A DNA stretch of 64,000 nucleotides. Origin: Giardia intestinalis (Eukaryota). Below, in pieces: positions 9,515 through 20,033 of the stretch (positions within the stretch are counted from its first letter, which is position 1; each line of letters begins with the position of its first letter). The stretch is from NCBI GenBank assembly GCA_000002435.2, contig CM018789.1. The stretch is one strand, 5' to 3'. The notes beneath the pieces are model-generated. The model was not told where the DNA came from. It saw nothing but the letters and a program-made list of their open reading frames with translations, and made no database searches. The position numbers were made by a program, and so were the translations under genes.

Positions 9515-11029
9515 CTAGCTATACTGGGGAGCCCGCAAGTCTCTTCTGTTAACGTCCACGGTTATTCCTGCTCGATTGAGGATATTGACGGCCTCTGCTA
9601 TCTGGCTCTGCATCTTCTCCAGTTTCTCCTTCTTCGCACTTAGCTCTAAATCAGCAATATGGTCGGCTGTTTCTTTCGGTATGGTGTAGTCTATGGAGTT
9701 GGAGCGCGATCGTCTCGTAGACTCAGGTGTCTGGCTCGCTCCAGAGACACCAGAGTGATACCTTTTGATAAGGTCTCCGACAGACATTAGAGCAGGCTCT
9801 TGTGGGCTCTGTGAAAATGAAACACTAGATGCCGAATCACGTGGCCGATGCTCCACGGTTCTCACTCCGCCCAGATCAGAGTGTGAGAAGCTTCCTCTAG
9901 TGTCTTCAGGTACGTAGCTTTCATCGTACAGCTGCTGATAGCGAACACTTCCTGGGCTTTGGGCAGCCGACCAATGACCGTCCTGGTTCCGTACTTTGCT
10001 CCGTGATGTGGACTGTACGCTCGACAAGGCATAGTCTGATGGGACATCGCTTTCGCGGAGAGACGGACATTTGGGTGGCTTGAGGCTCTGGTAGGGGCGT
10101 AAACTCTCGCTGTACGGCTGAGATTCCTGGATCATGCTGACAGGGTCGTAGGGAGCAAAACTTTCATTTGAACGCAGCCTATCATCCATCGGCCGCAAAG
10201 ACTCGTCATAACAACTAAACCTAGTACTGCCGGGTCCATCGTTGTATGAGCGCTCGTACTCTCTATAGGTATCCTGCATTCTCTCTGAGAAGGAATGCCT
10301 GGGTGAGAGTACCGTGTTCCGTGGACGTGCAGGGCCCTTCGAGTTCGCGTATCCTGAAGAGCTAGCTCCTGCACTCATGGACCTTCCAAGGGTTGATTTC
10401 CCCATGCCCTTATCCATGCGGCTGCTGGTAAGATTGCTCGCATTTTGAGATTTGTTTAGCGGAGCACCATAAGACTTAGTCACAGAGAAGGTTCGCGAAT
10501 TCTGAAGCATGTCCTTCAGTTTGGAGTTATTTTTCTCGGCTACCGTGCGCAGCTTCTCCGCAGCTACAGCCTTGTACTCTGCATTCTTGACGGCCCGGGT
10601 AGTGTTCCGGAGCTCAGTCTTGTGCTCTTCACGTTCAGTGCTCAATGTTTTTTGTAGAGTGCGGATTTCTTCTTTCAATTGTGCGTTTTCGTTTTCCCGA
10701 GCAGTTACTTGTGCAGAAAGAGCCTCGTACTTATTTTTCAGTGAAATGAAATCCTGTCTAATACGGACGTCGTTGCTCTCTGCCATGTCAATGACTTTAA
10801 TGAATGCATCCGCGATATCGTAGTAGTTACGTTCTGTTGGGTTGATAAAGTTGATGGTGTACATGACTCCCAGCGTGCGGAGACGCCTGGTTATATTTCG
10901 AGCTGCAGAGGCCAGCTGCGAGTCGATAACATCGGTGGTTAGGCGCCTGGACACAGAGTACCTATCCGAAGAGACAACTTCATAGAGGCCATCCTCTCGT
11001 GGCTCTTCATACATGCTAAACTTGCTCAT
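9515..11029 (-). CDS. Hypothetical coiled-coil protein with a Ser-rich C-terminal region
   Basis: The track ORF starts with GTG at 11038. The first ATG is 9 nt downstream at 11029. Central heptad region (NENAQLKEEIRTLQKTLSTEREEHKTEL). Confidence 0.55.
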   Translation of the reverse strand: MSKFSMYEEPREDGLYEVVSSDRYSVSRRLTTDVIDSQLASAARNITRRLRTLGVMYTINFINPTERNYYDIADAFIKVIDMAESNDVRIRQDFISLKNKYEALSAQVTARENENAQLKEEIRTLQKTLSTEREEHKTELRNTTRAVKNAEYKAVAAEKLRTVAEKNNSKLKDMLQNSRTFSVTKSYGAPLNKSQNASNLTSSRMDKGMGKSTLGRSMSAGASSSGYANSKGPARPRNTVLSPRHSFSERMQDTYREYERSYNDGPGSTRFSCYDESLRPMDDRLRSNESFAPYDPVSMIQESQPYSESLRPYQSLKPPKCPSLRESDVPSDYALSSVQSTSRSKVRNQDGHWSAAQSPGSVRYQQLYDESYVPEDTRGSFSHSDLGGVRTVEHRPRDSASSVSFSQSPQEPALMSVGDLIKRYHSGVSGASQTPESTRRSRSNSIDYTIPKETADHIADLELSAKKEKLEKMQSQIAEAVNILNRAGITVDVNRRDLRAPQYS

Positions 11030-11119
11030 TTGCCGCACAGGCTCAGGTTTTGGCTTTAATCTTGATGCGTATGAATCCTACCTTTAAAACTTAAATACTT
11101 TTGCCACAGTCGCTGAAAA

Positions 11120-11440
11120 ATGGCAGAGACGGCGGATCAGAACGTAGCCCAAAGGCTTGCGTCTGCAGAGAAGAAGGTGGACGATCTGACAGAGATAGTG
11201 AAACACGCGTCGTCGGAGAAGGATAAAGCACTCATGCACGAGGTCTTGACCTTCTTGAGGGAGCACCATGCACATTTGATAGAAGCCAATGCAAGGATTG
11301 TGGCAGCAGAGGCACGGGCCTCTGAACTGGAAGCGCGGAATAAGGGACTAGAAGAAGCCTTAGAGAAGCGCGACTACCAGATCGAGCACCTGTCCCGAAA
11401 TATGGCTAGTGTTCTAGACAAAAAGGTTTACAGATGTTAA
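11120..11440 (+). CDS. Small coiled-coil protein (106 aa)
   Basis: ATG-initiated. Continuous heptad pattern, charged. Sits in a short gap between larger genes. Confidence 0.4.
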   Translation: MAETADQNVAQRLASAEKKVDDLTEIVKHASSEKDKALMHEVLTFLREHHAHLIEANARIVAAEARASELEARNKGLEEALEKRDYQIEHLSRNMASVLDKKVYRC

Positions 11441-11712
11441 TACACAGGCCTGTAATCACCAGAACAAAGGAGTAGACGGTTTTCTCTGTCGCTAAGCATG
11501 GCTATATCTCCTTCTTAGACTGCCAGCCTGTAAACTCTTAAATTGACTTTGTGGACCGAGGCATACACCGATGCGTGGACGCGCTGGAGCCGCTCTTACT
11601 GACACGTGACAGGATGGCTGTCACATGGTAGCAGGACACTTCTACATCAAGTGAGCCCAGCAATCCTCTGCACATGTGTACCTGAAAAGATATTTGTATG
11701 AAATCTCACAAA

Positions 11713-12888
11713 TTAAAAATCACTTCCAACAGTACTAAAGCTACTCTCGTCCTCTACATCCTCTCCTCTATGATGCTTATAGTGGACAGGGTACTTCGTA
11801 AGTCCTATGGCGTTTCCATATTTAGCAAGCTGCTTCCCGGGCTCTGTTTGGGTCTTCACCTCAATGAATTCTATATAGTTGCTATGCTGCGCCATGTATT
11901 CTTGGATTTGCTTGCGTATAGTCAGGTCTCTCCCCTGAGAAATCACCGTACTAACGAGTACAGTGCTCAGAGCTGTCGGGTTGGTCTTCAAAATTTCCAG
12001 GACATCGTGGACAGTATAGTGTGCCAAATCCTCGTTCTTCGCGAAGTTTATCCTGAAATCCTCAATAACCTCTGATGCTCGACGCCACCGACAATCGCCT
12101 ATGACGCTGGCAACCTCCTTGTTTGTCATAGCCTCCAGAATCGCCTTGTGAAGAGTCGGCTGGCTTGTCTGAATGACCACATGATGAATCAACTTGAAGG
12201 GCTCTTTACCACCTAACTCATCTCTGTAATACTGTGCAAACTTCGCCGTCACTTCTTGGAGCCCACAGATCAAAAGGAGCTTGATGGTTCCCTTAACGAT
12301 CTCTGTTTTAAGAGCAGTGCATATGGCTTTAAAGAATGATGCGAATGCCGTTGTTACCTTAGACTCATTGTATCTGGTCTTTTTAGGAATAGTGCATGTG
12401 ATGGAAGGACACGGTACAACCATCAGCTCATTGACGAAGCCTATCTTCGCTGTTCCGTCACGGAGAATGAGGAGAGCCAGGGTATCACATCCCCGCACCG
12501 CATTGCAAGATTCTTCGAGGTCTTTGAGCTGCTGATTGGTCCAGTGCTCCTTGATGATAGCCACTGCCTTATTGATTTGCAACCATAATGAATGTGAGGA
12601 GCCTCGCATGATATCCTCTACCTCTGTTACCACCGTTCCGCGCACATGGAGGGTTTCAGCCCCATCGTAGTCTATTTCTTGAACCGCTATGGTAAGTGTA
12701 AGAGCCTTCCTCACCGTTGTCGTCCCTGCGTCTCCTTTCTCTCTGATGATCTTTCGGGTTGTGTGGCATGAGACCCGATCTCCACGACGAATGAGTTCCG
12801 AAAGAAGGTAAAGGTCTACCTCCTCTGTCGGGCACACCTTAATATATCCCCCACTGTTCTGGTCGAGATCCCTTTTAATGATTTTCAT
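11713..12888 (-). CDS. PELO: Pelota/Dom34 (eRF1-like ribosome rescue factor)
   Basis: N-terminus MKIIKRDLDQNSGGYIKVCPTEEVDLYLLSELIRRGDRVSCHTTRKI aligns to Pelota MKLVKKDIEKDNAGQVTLVPEEPEDMWHTYNLVQVGDSLRASTIRKV. Length is 391 aa. Confidence 0.85.
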   Translation of the reverse strand: MKIIKRDLDQNSGGYIKVCPTEEVDLYLLSELIRRGDRVSCHTTRKIIREKGDAGTTTVRKALTLTIAVQEIDYDGAETLHVRGTVVTEVEDIMRGSSHSLWLQINKAVAIIKEHWTNQQLKDLEESCNAVRGCDTLALLILRDGTAKIGFVNELMVVPCPSITCTIPKKTRYNESKVTTAFASFFKAICTALKTEIVKGTIKLLLICGLQEVTAKFAQYYRDELGGKEPFKLIHHVVIQTSQPTLHKAILEAMTNKEVASVIGDCRWRRASEVIEDFRINFAKNEDLAHYTVHDVLEILKTNPTALSTVLVSTVISQGRDLTIRKQIQEYMAQHSNYIEFIEVKTQTEPGKQLAKYGNAIGLTKYPVHYKHHRGEDVEDESSFSTVGSDF

Positions 12889-13030
12889 TGTGTGCTATCG
12901 ACGACAGGTTTGTCTACAGGAACCAACCCCGAGGTTTAAAATTTGCAGGAGAGCCAGCTGCCATTTAAAGTAGAAATTCATTTAAATTTTGTGTCATAAG
13001 CAAGGTAAAAAGCGTAGGGCGTATCGCAGG

Positions 13031-16000
13031 ATGATAAGTCTTTGCCTAGCCGCCGGAAGCCTGCTTCTGGCCAGCTCCATCCTTGTGAGGCTCTGTTCGC
13101 ATTCCTTTATAGTCAATGTACACAATCTCAGCACTATGATCCTCGGCCTTTTTTCTCTACTGTTTCTAACGGGCTTCTTGTTTCTCTCTACAGATATTCA
13201 TATTTATCTAGGAATTTCGGTTATAACAGCAGGTCGTGCAACGTCCATCTTAGCCTGTCTTCATCTCTTATCCTTTTGGTGCCTTATTATTGTAACCTTT
13301 CAGACCCGCCTTTACTTCTTGTTGCTAAGCAGCACCCTTAAGCTTCTTCCCATTGTAACGCTTTTTGGTCTGATGACTCCCATTCTCTTACTTTCCGTTG
13401 GAGTTGTTTCGGTCTTAGACAGCATGTTCAGATTTATGTGGGTGCCTTTCTTTCTGATCTTGTGCATTGAGACCGCTAATTACTTTCTGTTCAAGTATCC
13501 TGATAGGATCATGTGGGCCATTATGCAGAGAATTGTCAGAACAACATCGTTGCAGACCTCTTCTGAGAGGCTATCTGTCGTTGCTTTACTACTGCCACCA
13601 GAGGCGGGTAAGGAATGTTTATTAGAGTCTGGCTCAGAGTCCGGCATTCAGAGATCTGCAGCAGGAGGGTTATCTGGCTTAAATACCCGGCCTACACACG
13701 TAAAGCTGAAGAAGACCATCGTGGATGGCCTGCCTGACTATTCGCCAGTTGCAGCAGATTGCGAGCCCACATATCAAAGCGTGTGGAAGCAACTAAATGA
13801 GAGTATTAATCTGAACGCTCCAACTACACGATCTTCCTTTGCTGCCATTATCTCTACTATCAAAAAGCATCGCTTTGCAGAAGCTCCACCTATAAATTTC
13901 TTTCCGCATATAGAGCCCACTATGTTCTACTTGGTGACTGTTTCTCTACTCTTTATCACTGCATTGGGTTTGAATGTATGCTATAAGTATTTGCTGCGTG
14001 GAAAGCTAATGGAGATACTCCCTCAGCTTATCCATTTCACCCACAAGAGCACTGAGTCCGAATACATGAGCTCGAGCGCTTCCATATACGCGACCTTCTT
14101 AGAGTTCATCAATAATTATAATATATTTCCTGCTATGCATGCCATTCTTATTCTGCAGATGATTTTTATAGTGCCTCTCTGCAATGGAAATACGGTAGAT
14201 GTGATGATGGTATTCACAAACCCCGTCATCTTTCAGGTCTTTGCACGCTGGCTTGAATCAAATCGATTTGGTGCACCGCTAGCCTTCTTAATAGATTGTT
14301 ATTTTTATCGCCAACGGCCCAGCTATGAGAGAATGATTGTCAACAAAATCTATGTTAAGTGGATTGATATGCTCGCAAACGGCATGCTTCCGTGTACTGG
14401 GATAGCTCTTTCAGAGGTAGAATTCCTTGTATCAAGAGTGATGTCCGCAGGACTGAACAAGCACTACTTCAATGATATGACCTCTTGCGATAACATGCTC
14501 TCAATACTCGATAGTTTCGGTACCACCTCTTCGGAGAAGCTACTGAGCAAGATCCGCGGGAAGCGAGGCCCCACTGGAGTAAGCTCAGCCTTCTGCTCCA
14601 CTAATACCTCAAATTATCACCTTAACAGATCTCTAAGTACAGACTTCGTGATTAATATGGATGTCTTCACTGCGATTGAGATAGAGCTCAGCATCATTGT
14701 CTATATATGTGCAATAAAGTTTGTATATTCTCTCGCTCCAATCTACTTTAGGACACTGGCATACCTCTCTACACTAGAGAATCATGCTACTATGCCGTGT
14801 GTTTTGTTTCGACTGGACAACATGGAACGTCAGGGACTCATGAAGGGTGTCTTCTCCAATCACATAACTGTTTCTGACCCTTTTCTCCCCAAGGGTGGCG
14901 AAAAGGCTCTCAGCAAAGGCGTTTCCAGTAAGAGCTATTGTAACATTTATTTGAAGATGCTGTTCAAATCGTTGTGCAACTATGCCGAAGCCGACCTGCG
15001 TTTAGAGCTAACTTTATTAGCGGTCCTGAACAAGTGTAGTCCAAACATCTTGTTTTCTGCAGTGACACCCAGAACGATTGCCAAGCTGTCTGAAGCACAT
15101 AAGAAGAGTCTGCTTCTGGATCAACTCACATTATTATCGAACATATCTGCATATAACATGAATTTAGATCCAAGGCAAAAGTTGGGTTCTACGCTACTTG
15201 CATCACAGAATTTAATTCTCAAGAATTTATCCCACACTAGAGCACGCAGGAACTCTCTCATCGGTCCTAAGATTCTATCATCAGGGAAGAGGGGCGCAGC
15301 CTCGGAAGCAGGCGAGGGCACCAAGGACAAGTCTCATATACCTGATAGCACCCTTTTTTCATACTTTGATTCATCAGAAGAGAAGCTTGTTACCCTCCTC
15401 AAAGAAATACTCCGGACGCGGAGGCTCGACACCGCCATGCAGTCCCGAATACTCACCGTCTGTCAGCTCTTGGATCCAGACTTGCATGTCAGCTCCGCTA
15501 TCCTGCAAGACAGCAAAGACCCATCTGCCAAGTCGGAGGACTGGGGAAAGCTTCTTAACGACATTAAAGGCATGAAATTGATGAATTTGACCGTAGATGA
15601 CAAGTCTGAGATTAGCGAGCAGCTGAGGACCCTGGACGAAGGAAGGTATGAGATAGAAAGACCGCAGAGCACACGGACTGTGTTGTCTTACAGCTCTTCT
15701 ACAAACATCTCTAAGCAATCTGTAGAGAATATGTTGCAGCTCTATTCCAAGCGATACCCAGAACATATACGGATGCCTGATGTTTCTCAGCGTGAATTTC
15801 GCGTGAATAACACATATTATAGACTCGACCAATCTGGAGAACTTGTACTTACTCTTCAGCAGCGCATTCTCCAGGCTGTGTTAAACATAGCGGTCATACG
15901 CACCTTGGAATATTTTGAAACTGGCGATGAGAGTGCCATGACATTGACCGTCACCTCAGAATTGGCAGAGAAATATGGAGTGGATTGTTCAAATATCAAG

Positions 16001-17146
16001 TTGGCGATAGAGTACAATTTGGACAAGATTTCCAAGTATATCTGCCAGAACATTGAGTCGTCTTCTTTCGATGTCAGTGCCATGAATACATATACACGCA
16101 CTTATGGACTGACGGCCGTTGGCTACATCCTTGCAAAGCTCCTGGGCATAACCACTTATTTTTCGATCCACGACAACGTGCTTTTGGCTGTTCTTATCGA
16201 GCTGGAGTCCTCTTATACAAGCACGCTGTATCACAACAAGCTTCATGCAGCAGACGTGGCCCAGATGTCCATGTACATGCTCAGTACCGTGTACTGTTCT
16301 CTCATCAGCGAATCCCCCAAGCATCCATTTTTATGTGTGTATAAAGCCATGCGGCAATACAAGGAGAGTGACTATTCTAGGCTCATAACAGAACAGCCCA
16401 GGCAGGCCCTTATCCGACCAGTTGATTTCTTGGCACTCCTATTTGGGTCTCTGTGCCATGATCTTGGCCACACAGGGATCGACAATCTCTTCTGTATTAA
16501 TACGGAGAATGCCTTAGCCCTCCTCTACAACGACGAGGCGCCCTTAGAGCATGCCCATGCAACGCTGTCATGGCACATCATCACACAGATGGCAGTCTAT
16601 TTCAAGCACTTCACACCATGTCAGTACCGCGAATTTAGAGCACTGTTTTTAGAAATTATTTTAGCAACCGATATGTCTACTCACTTCAATTTTCTCCGCC
16701 GCTTAGAAAGCCTCGACGAGGATTTAATTATTAAAATACTTGAGCACCACAATGATTCGGAGATTGCTTTGCTCAGATGGTACATTCTGAAAGTGTGTAT
16801 CAAGTTTGGAGATCTGTCCAATCCATGCAGGCCAATAGAAATAAGCACACGGTATGCAGTGGCCCTGATGAACGAGTTCTGGTCACTGGGTGACCTTATG
16901 CTAGAGTGTGGTCTGGAGCCAGACAAGATCAAGACCCGTCCACAGAAAGGTGAAGAGTCACTTATCATTGCCAACTCGCAAATTGGATTTACGCAGAGCA
17001 TCGTGAAGGGCTTCTGGACCGTTGTGGAGCGGTTTTGGAAAGCCTTGGCAGGTGTAGAGTTTAGCGACTTACAAGCGAATCTAAATGCAACCGTCGAGCA
17101 CTGGCAAAATGTGCGCTCAGAGATTGAGCTGGACAAGAAGGAGTAG
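13031..17146 (+). CDS. PDE: Membrane-bound class I 3',5'-cyclic nucleotide phosphodiesterase. Multi-pass TM N-terminal half and C-terminal PDEase catalytic domain.
   Basis: Catalytic motifs YHNKLHAADVAQ, LCHDLGHTGIDNLF and ILATDMSTHFNFL. About 10 hydrophobic helices in the N-terminal 500 aa. The track start at 12989 is TTG; the first ATG is 13031 (MISLCLAAGS), giving 1371 aa. Confidence 0.9.
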   Translation: MISLCLAAGSLLLASSILVRLCSHSFIVNVHNLSTMILGLFSLLFLTGFLFLSTDIHIYLGISVITAGRATSILACLHLLSFWCLIIVTFQTRLYFLLLSSTLKLLPIVTLFGLMTPILLLSVGVVSVLDSMFRFMWVPFFLILCIETANYFLFKYPDRIMWAIMQRIVRTTSLQTSSERLSVVALLLPPEAGKECLLESGSESGIQRSAAGGLSGLNTRPTHVKLKKTIVDGLPDYSPVAADCEPTYQSVWKQLNESINLNAPTTRSSFAAIISTIKKHRFAEAPPINFFPHIEPTMFYLVTVSLLFITALGLNVCYKYLLRGKLMEILPQLIHFTHKSTESEYMSSSASIYATFLEFINNYNIFPAMHAILILQMIFIVPLCNGNTVDVMMVFTNPVIFQVFARWLESNRFGAPLAFLIDCYFYRQRPSYERMIVNKIYVKWIDMLANGMLPCTGIALSEVEFLVSRVMSAGLNKHYFNDMTSCDNMLSILDSFGTTSSEKLLSKIRGKRGPTGVSSAFCSTNTSNYHLNRSLSTDFVINMDVFTAIEIELSIIVYICAIKFVYSLAPIYFRTLAYLSTLENHATMPCVLFRLDNMERQGLMKGVFSNHITVSDPFLPKGGEKALSKGVSSKSYCNIYLKMLFKSLCNYAEADLRLELTLLAVLNKCSPNILFSAVTPRTIAKLSEAHKKSLLLDQLTLLSNISAYNMNLDPRQKLGSTLLASQNLILKNLSHTRARRNSLIGPKILSSGKRGAASEAGEGTKDKSHIPDSTLFSYFDSSEEKLVTLLKEILRTRRLDTAMQSRILTVCQLLDPDLHVSSAILQDSKDPSAKSEDWGKLLNDIKGMKLMNLTVDDKSEISEQLRTLDEGRYEIERPQSTRTVLSYSSSTNISKQSVENMLQLYSKRYPEHIRMPDVSQREFRVNNTYYRLDQSGELVLTLQQRILQAVLNIAVIRTLEYFETGDESAMTLTVTSELAEKYGVDCSNIKLAIEYNLDKISKYICQNIESSSFDVSAMNTYTRTYGLTAVGYILAKLLGITTYFSIHDNVLLAVLIELESSYTSTLYHNKLHAADVAQMSMYMLSTVYCSLISESPKHPFLCVYKAMRQYKESDYSRLITEQPRQALIRPVDFLALLFGSLCHDLGHTGIDNLFCINTENALALLYNDEAPLEHAHATLSWHIITQMAVYFKHFTPCQYREFRALFLEIILATDMSTHFNFLRRLESLDEDLIIKILEHHNDSEIALLRWYILKVCIKFGDLSNPCRPIEISTRYAVALMNEFWSLGDLMLECGLEPDKIKTRPQKGEESLIIANSQIGFTQSIVKGFWTVVERFWKALAGVEFSDLQANLNATVEHWQNVRSEIELDKKE

Positions 17147-17225
17147 CTTGTGTGCCTGGCTATGGTGTAGCTGCGGTGGTAGTCAGTAAACCCCTGTTGT
17201 AGTATTCTCCGGAACAAAAAATCGA

Positions 17226-20000
17226 ATGGCGGACTCATCCTCTCAGTGGTTCGACGCCGTCCATAACAGAGACTACGAGCTTATTCGGGACCTGATCGGT
17301 CATTGTGCCTGTACTAGAAACATACACGGTCAGACAGCCTTGATGGTGGCAGCCATTGCAGACGATGAAAAGATAGTGAATCTTCTTCTCCCTCACGAGG
17401 CAGGCCAGCTGGACCCACAGAACCGTACTGCACTAATGCTTGCTACGCTAGCAAGTAGTCCGGGATCGGCACAGCTCTTAGCACAGAAGGAGAAAGGTAT
17501 CCTCTTGCCAGACGGCCGAAATGCCATGATGATGGCGGCAGGCTACGGGGCGCATGCCGTGGTGTTAGCATTATTACCATTCTTTAGTTATGAAACAGAC
17601 AGAGAAGGCAACACAGCTCTTGACCATGCAGCCATCGGGGGGCATCTCGAGGTAGTGAAAATTCTCGTCCAGCACCTAGACTTCTCTGTAAAAGACATTT
17701 CTAGAGCCCGCAAACATGCTTCCAAGAATTCATTCACTCATGTGGAAGACTTTCTTACATTAGCTCTTGATGAAAGGTACGGAGCCAAGAACACAGTAAC
17801 CACCATGACCCCGTACACACCAGGCCGCAGCCAAAGCCTTAACCGTGGTTTCTCATCAGAATATCGAAGCACTCAAAGCCATTCTCATCAAGCATCTAGT
17901 TCCTATCGCTCTCCTCTCACCACCTTTAACAAAGTGAATGCACCGTGCTTCAACACAGCTGATGTATCCTCGACTTATTCTCTTCAGGAGCTTATTCAGG
18001 AACGTGAAGATCAAATCATTCGACAAAACGAGCTGATTGATCAGTTAACCTCAAAGATTAGTCAGAAAGACGCAGAGATCGCACATTGGCAAGATATTAT
18101 GTCAAAAGTTAATGCCTCTGCTGCCCAGTACGAGCTCGAGGAGGAAGAAGCTGCAACGTGCAATCCGGAGGAGGACGTTAATGTTCTTAAGGCTACCATA
18201 GAAGTGAAGAACACAAATATTCAGAGATTACAGAGTAAGTTAGATGAGGAAGCATTTCAACACAGACTTATGAGAGCTGAGCACGTGGAGCTCCAGGATA
18301 AGCACGAGCGCCTTATTATGCGAATACGAAAGCTACAAGATGAACTCTTTCAGCGAGATTCCAGTGGTATCAATATAGGTAATGTCTTGTATTTGCAAGA
18401 AAAGATAGATCAACTCGAGAGCGAGCTTGCTGATGCAAGGTTTATTTTGGGAAACATAGTCGACGAAAACAAGTTTTTGGCGGAAGACGCCCATTTGCAG
18501 GGAAATGAGACCGTAGAAGATATTTTGAGACTGGAAGTGAAGCTCTTGAAGCATAAGTACATTCAGCAGCACCTTAAGCATGGAGCTGCCATCAAAAAGG
18601 TACAAGACATGTGTGAGAGGCTGCATGGAAAGTTTAACGAGAAAGAACGAGAAGTACAAAAAGAGAGGACTGCACTACGTAACGAAAAGATGTCTAACGA
18701 CCGCACCATGCTGTTAAATGAAATTGATGAAAAGGATGCAAAGATCAGGAGACTTGAGGCATCTCTTGCAACGGCACGCCAGTGCTCATCATCGATGGCG
18801 GATACCCTCTCAAGTGGTGGGGATCTAAGCACCCTCCTGGCAGAAATAGATCGTCTTAAGCAGACCATAACGGCAAAGGATGAGCAGATGCTTTCTTTGT
18901 TGAAGCAACTAGAGGATAGAAACAATCTCCAAATAGTCACAGAGGTATTTGATATTGATAAGAATCAACAAGATGAAGTTCTTATTACGCAATTAAAGGA
19001 AGACCTAAACAGTGCACGGGCCACTATAGCGCAGTTACGAGCGGATGCTCATAAGAATAAGGTGCACAATAGTAGTATGCAGCTAACCGAGACAACTCGT
19101 CATATTGCGTACACTCCAAAGCAGTCTTCATCTCCTCAGTATTCTCCGGTCCGTCTGGCACAACAGGAGTCCAAAGGAATCTCACCTCAAAGATCGGGCA
19201 AAACTCACCAAGAACTGATGGCACTATTAGTCGAAAAAGACCAAAGAATCGCTGAACTGCAGAAGGAGCTTGAAGATCGCACGATCGAACTTACTAGCGA
19301 AAGAGAAAATACATATGTACAGGCAACTACTATAGCTCGAAAGCTCTCTGATGCCACAGACAGTCCCAAGGACACGATACAAGTTTCTCACTCGGACCTT
19401 ATTAGTTTCAAGAACCTTATATATACTCAGCAGCAACAGCTATCAACCAAGGAAGCTGAAATTGTGACACTTAAGAACGCTAACCGACGTCTTCTCAATG
19501 AGCTTTCTCATGAACGTGCAGAAGCTCTGTCGCGCATAAAGACGAAAGTCTCCGCTCTTGAATTCGAAAACAGAGACTTGCAACATGATGTATCTTTAGC
19601 TCGAGACACAGCAAGCAGTTGCATGCGTGAGCTGCAGAGAAACACTAAGCAGCCGTCATCCATCAATCCGGACTATGCGCTATCTCCTAGTCTGCCGTTT
19701 CATCTGACAAGTCCTACTCAGATGATGAGCCATTTGAAGGAGGACAGTGCACCTGCTGAAAGTGTGAAAAGCATGACTCCCTATGCACCGGTCTCCATGC
19801 CAACGGGCCTCACAGCATCAGAAGTACCAATATGCTCTGACGATGCGCCATCATATGGAACACCTGGCTCTGATGACATCTTGGGTATGTCGCGCTGGTC
19901 AAGTGATTCATTACCCGTTCATACCACAAAGCCAGCAAATGCTCTAGGAGTTATTACAACGACAGCAGGAATTAACGGGGGCTCGAGCGGAAAGATGTAA
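17226..20000 (+). CDS. Ankyrin-repeat N-terminus with a very long coiled-coil protein (924 aa)
   Basis: ANK-like repeats (GQTALMVAAIADDEKIVNLLL, NRTALMLA, GNTALDHAAIGGHLEVVKILV) followed by about 600 aa of heptad-rich sequence. Confidence 0.7.
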   Translation: MADSSSQWFDAVHNRDYELIRDLIGHCACTRNIHGQTALMVAAIADDEKIVNLLLPHEAGQLDPQNRTALMLATLASSPGSAQLLAQKEKGILLPDGRNAMMMAAGYGAHAVVLALLPFFSYETDREGNTALDHAAIGGHLEVVKILVQHLDFSVKDISRARKHASKNSFTHVEDFLTLALDERYGAKNTVTTMTPYTPGRSQSLNRGFSSEYRSTQSHSHQASSSYRSPLTTFNKVNAPCFNTADVSSTYSLQELIQEREDQIIRQNELIDQLTSKISQKDAEIAHWQDIMSKVNASAAQYELEEEEAATCNPEEDVNVLKATIEVKNTNIQRLQSKLDEEAFQHRLMRAEHVELQDKHERLIMRIRKLQDELFQRDSSGINIGNVLYLQEKIDQLESELADARFILGNIVDENKFLAEDAHLQGNETVEDILRLEVKLLKHKYIQQHLKHGAAIKKVQDMCERLHGKFNEKEREVQKERTALRNEKMSNDRTMLLNEIDEKDAKIRRLEASLATARQCSSSMADTLSSGGDLSTLLAEIDRLKQTITAKDEQMLSLLKQLEDRNNLQIVTEVFDIDKNQQDEVLITQLKEDLNSARATIAQLRADAHKNKVHNSSMQLTETTRHIAYTPKQSSSPQYSPVRLAQQESKGISPQRSGKTHQELMALLVEKDQRIAELQKELEDRTIELTSERENTYVQATTIARKLSDATDSPKDTIQVSHSDLISFKNLIYTQQQQLSTKEAEIVTLKNANRRLLNELSHERAEALSRIKTKVSALEFENRDLQHDVSLARDTASSCMRELQRNTKQPSSINPDYALSPSLPFHLTSPTQMMSHLKEDSAPAESVKSMTPYAPVSMPTGLTASEVPICSDDAPSYGTPGSDDILGMSRWSSDSLPVHTTKPANALGVITTTAGINGGSSGKM

Positions 20001-20033
20001 ACATCTCCGGGCATTTACACGAATTAGAATGGC

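Noticed and set aside
12989-13030. Upstream extension of the PDE (track start TTG at 12989)
   Set aside because: Non-ATG initiation is unsupported. The first ATG at 13031 gives a protein beginning directly with a hydrophobic segment.
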